Source of the DNA: an uncultured Christensenella sp.
GTDB lineage: Bacteria; Bacillota; Clostridia; Christensenellales; UBA1242
Length of the DNA stretch: 64,000 bases
Direction of reading: 5' to 3'
Assembly (NCBI GenBank): GCA_949292875.1
Contig: CASFBJ010000016.1
Location: 31 to 64,030, forward strand
A program made the position numbers and the translations under genes. Of this stretch, positions 63,316 through 64,000 are shown in pieces (the first letter of the stretch is position 1; each line of letters starts with the position of its first letter). A model generated the notes under the pieces. The model was given only the letters and a program-made list of their open reading frames with translations. It was not told the DNA's origin and did no database searches.

Positions 63316-63999
63316 CTATTGTTTTAATGCAACAATTATAACAAATGATAACGCAATTGTAAGAATTAGTATTGATAAGAACCAATCATTTACATTATTC
63401 TCTACTAGATAATTAGATACAAAATTTACATTATCTTCTTTAGTCTCATTTCCTGAGTCTATCTCACCTTTATCATTACTCCCGCTATTTTCTATATTGT
63501 CATTATTCCCTGTATTGCCATTATTATCTTCACTATCTTCATTTTCCTCATTTCCATTTGAAGAGCTATCATTTTCATCTTCAACTTCTTCAAGTTCTCC
63601 AAATAACGCAACATTTACAACTTCTGCAAGTTCGGGTACAGTTTTTAAAACCAAATCTTTTTCAACTAAATGACTCCCCATTTCAAACAGCATCATATAT
63701 TCATTTAAGTTTTGATTATAATGACCTGAAGCCATATAGATATCTACAAAAAGCCAAGGTGCATATGTTTTGGATACAGACATTAAAAAAAGAGCAAATG
63801 CTTTATTTTTTGCATAATTAGGATTAGCTTTTCCAACAACCATTCTAACCATGCATCTTTCTTCACCATTAACTTCAGTAATGTAAAAACCTCTACTTGT
63901 CCCATCTCTATGTATATCAAATAACGCATCTACATTTTTTTGTAATAATTTTTTAGCAGTTGTGTTACTTCTTAAATACGCATAACTATCGTGTGGAAT
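63316..63999 (-). CDS. spoIIP: Stage II sporulation protein P (5' end outside the window)
   Basis: Frame stays open to the window edge: PHDSYAYLRS..TAKKLL...ALFDIHRDG...VRMVVGKANPNY...YNQNL....LFEMG; C-terminal TM. Confidence 0.85.
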   Translation of the reverse strand: MPHDSYAYLRSNTTAKKLLQKNVDALFDIHRDGTSRGFYITEVNGEERCMVRMVVGKANPNYAKNKAFALFLMSVSKTYAPWLFVDIYMASGHYNQNLNEYMMLFEMGSHLVEKDLVLKTVPELAEVVNVALFGELEEVEDENDSSSNGNEENEDSEDNNGNTGNNDNIENSGSNDKGEIDSGNETKEDNVNFVSNYLVENNVNDWFLSILILTIALSFVIIVALKQ

Positions 64000-64000
64000 A

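Overview
Very AT-rich chromosomal segment from a spore-forming Clostridia-type Firmicute, probably an uncultured gut lineage (inference). Most genes lie on the minus strand. It carries housekeeping genes (alaS, dnaB, typA, gltX, rnhB, rnj, era, ybeY, tig-clpP-clpX, acpP, recF, hup, glyQS, tgt), a two-gene SufC/SufB-like Fe-S module, and many sporulation genes (yqfC-yqfD, spoIVFB, spoIIR-sleB-ypeB, spoIIQ-like, sipL, spoIIP, Cys-rich small proteins). The left edge has the 3' half of a tRNA-Thr(GGT) (a probable att site), a decayed ORF and a 1437-aa lipoprotein. No CRISPR array, rRNA, transposase or integrase was seen. The most notable observations: (1) a transcriptional glycine T-box with an ultrashort Stem I that carries the GGC specifier in its apical loop; (2) an Fe-ADH / ALDH3-type / YhhN lysoplasmalogenase operon that looks like a plasmalogen-scavenging pathway; (3) apparently leaderless sigmaE/sigmaK sporulation transcripts; (4) a large structured leader upstream of RNase J; (5) a tandem RyR-domain protein among orphans that share a KE[LM]-type C-terminal tail; (6) a catalytically eroded glycerol-1-phosphate dehydrogenase-like protein. 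All family calls come from motif recognition by eye, not from database searches.
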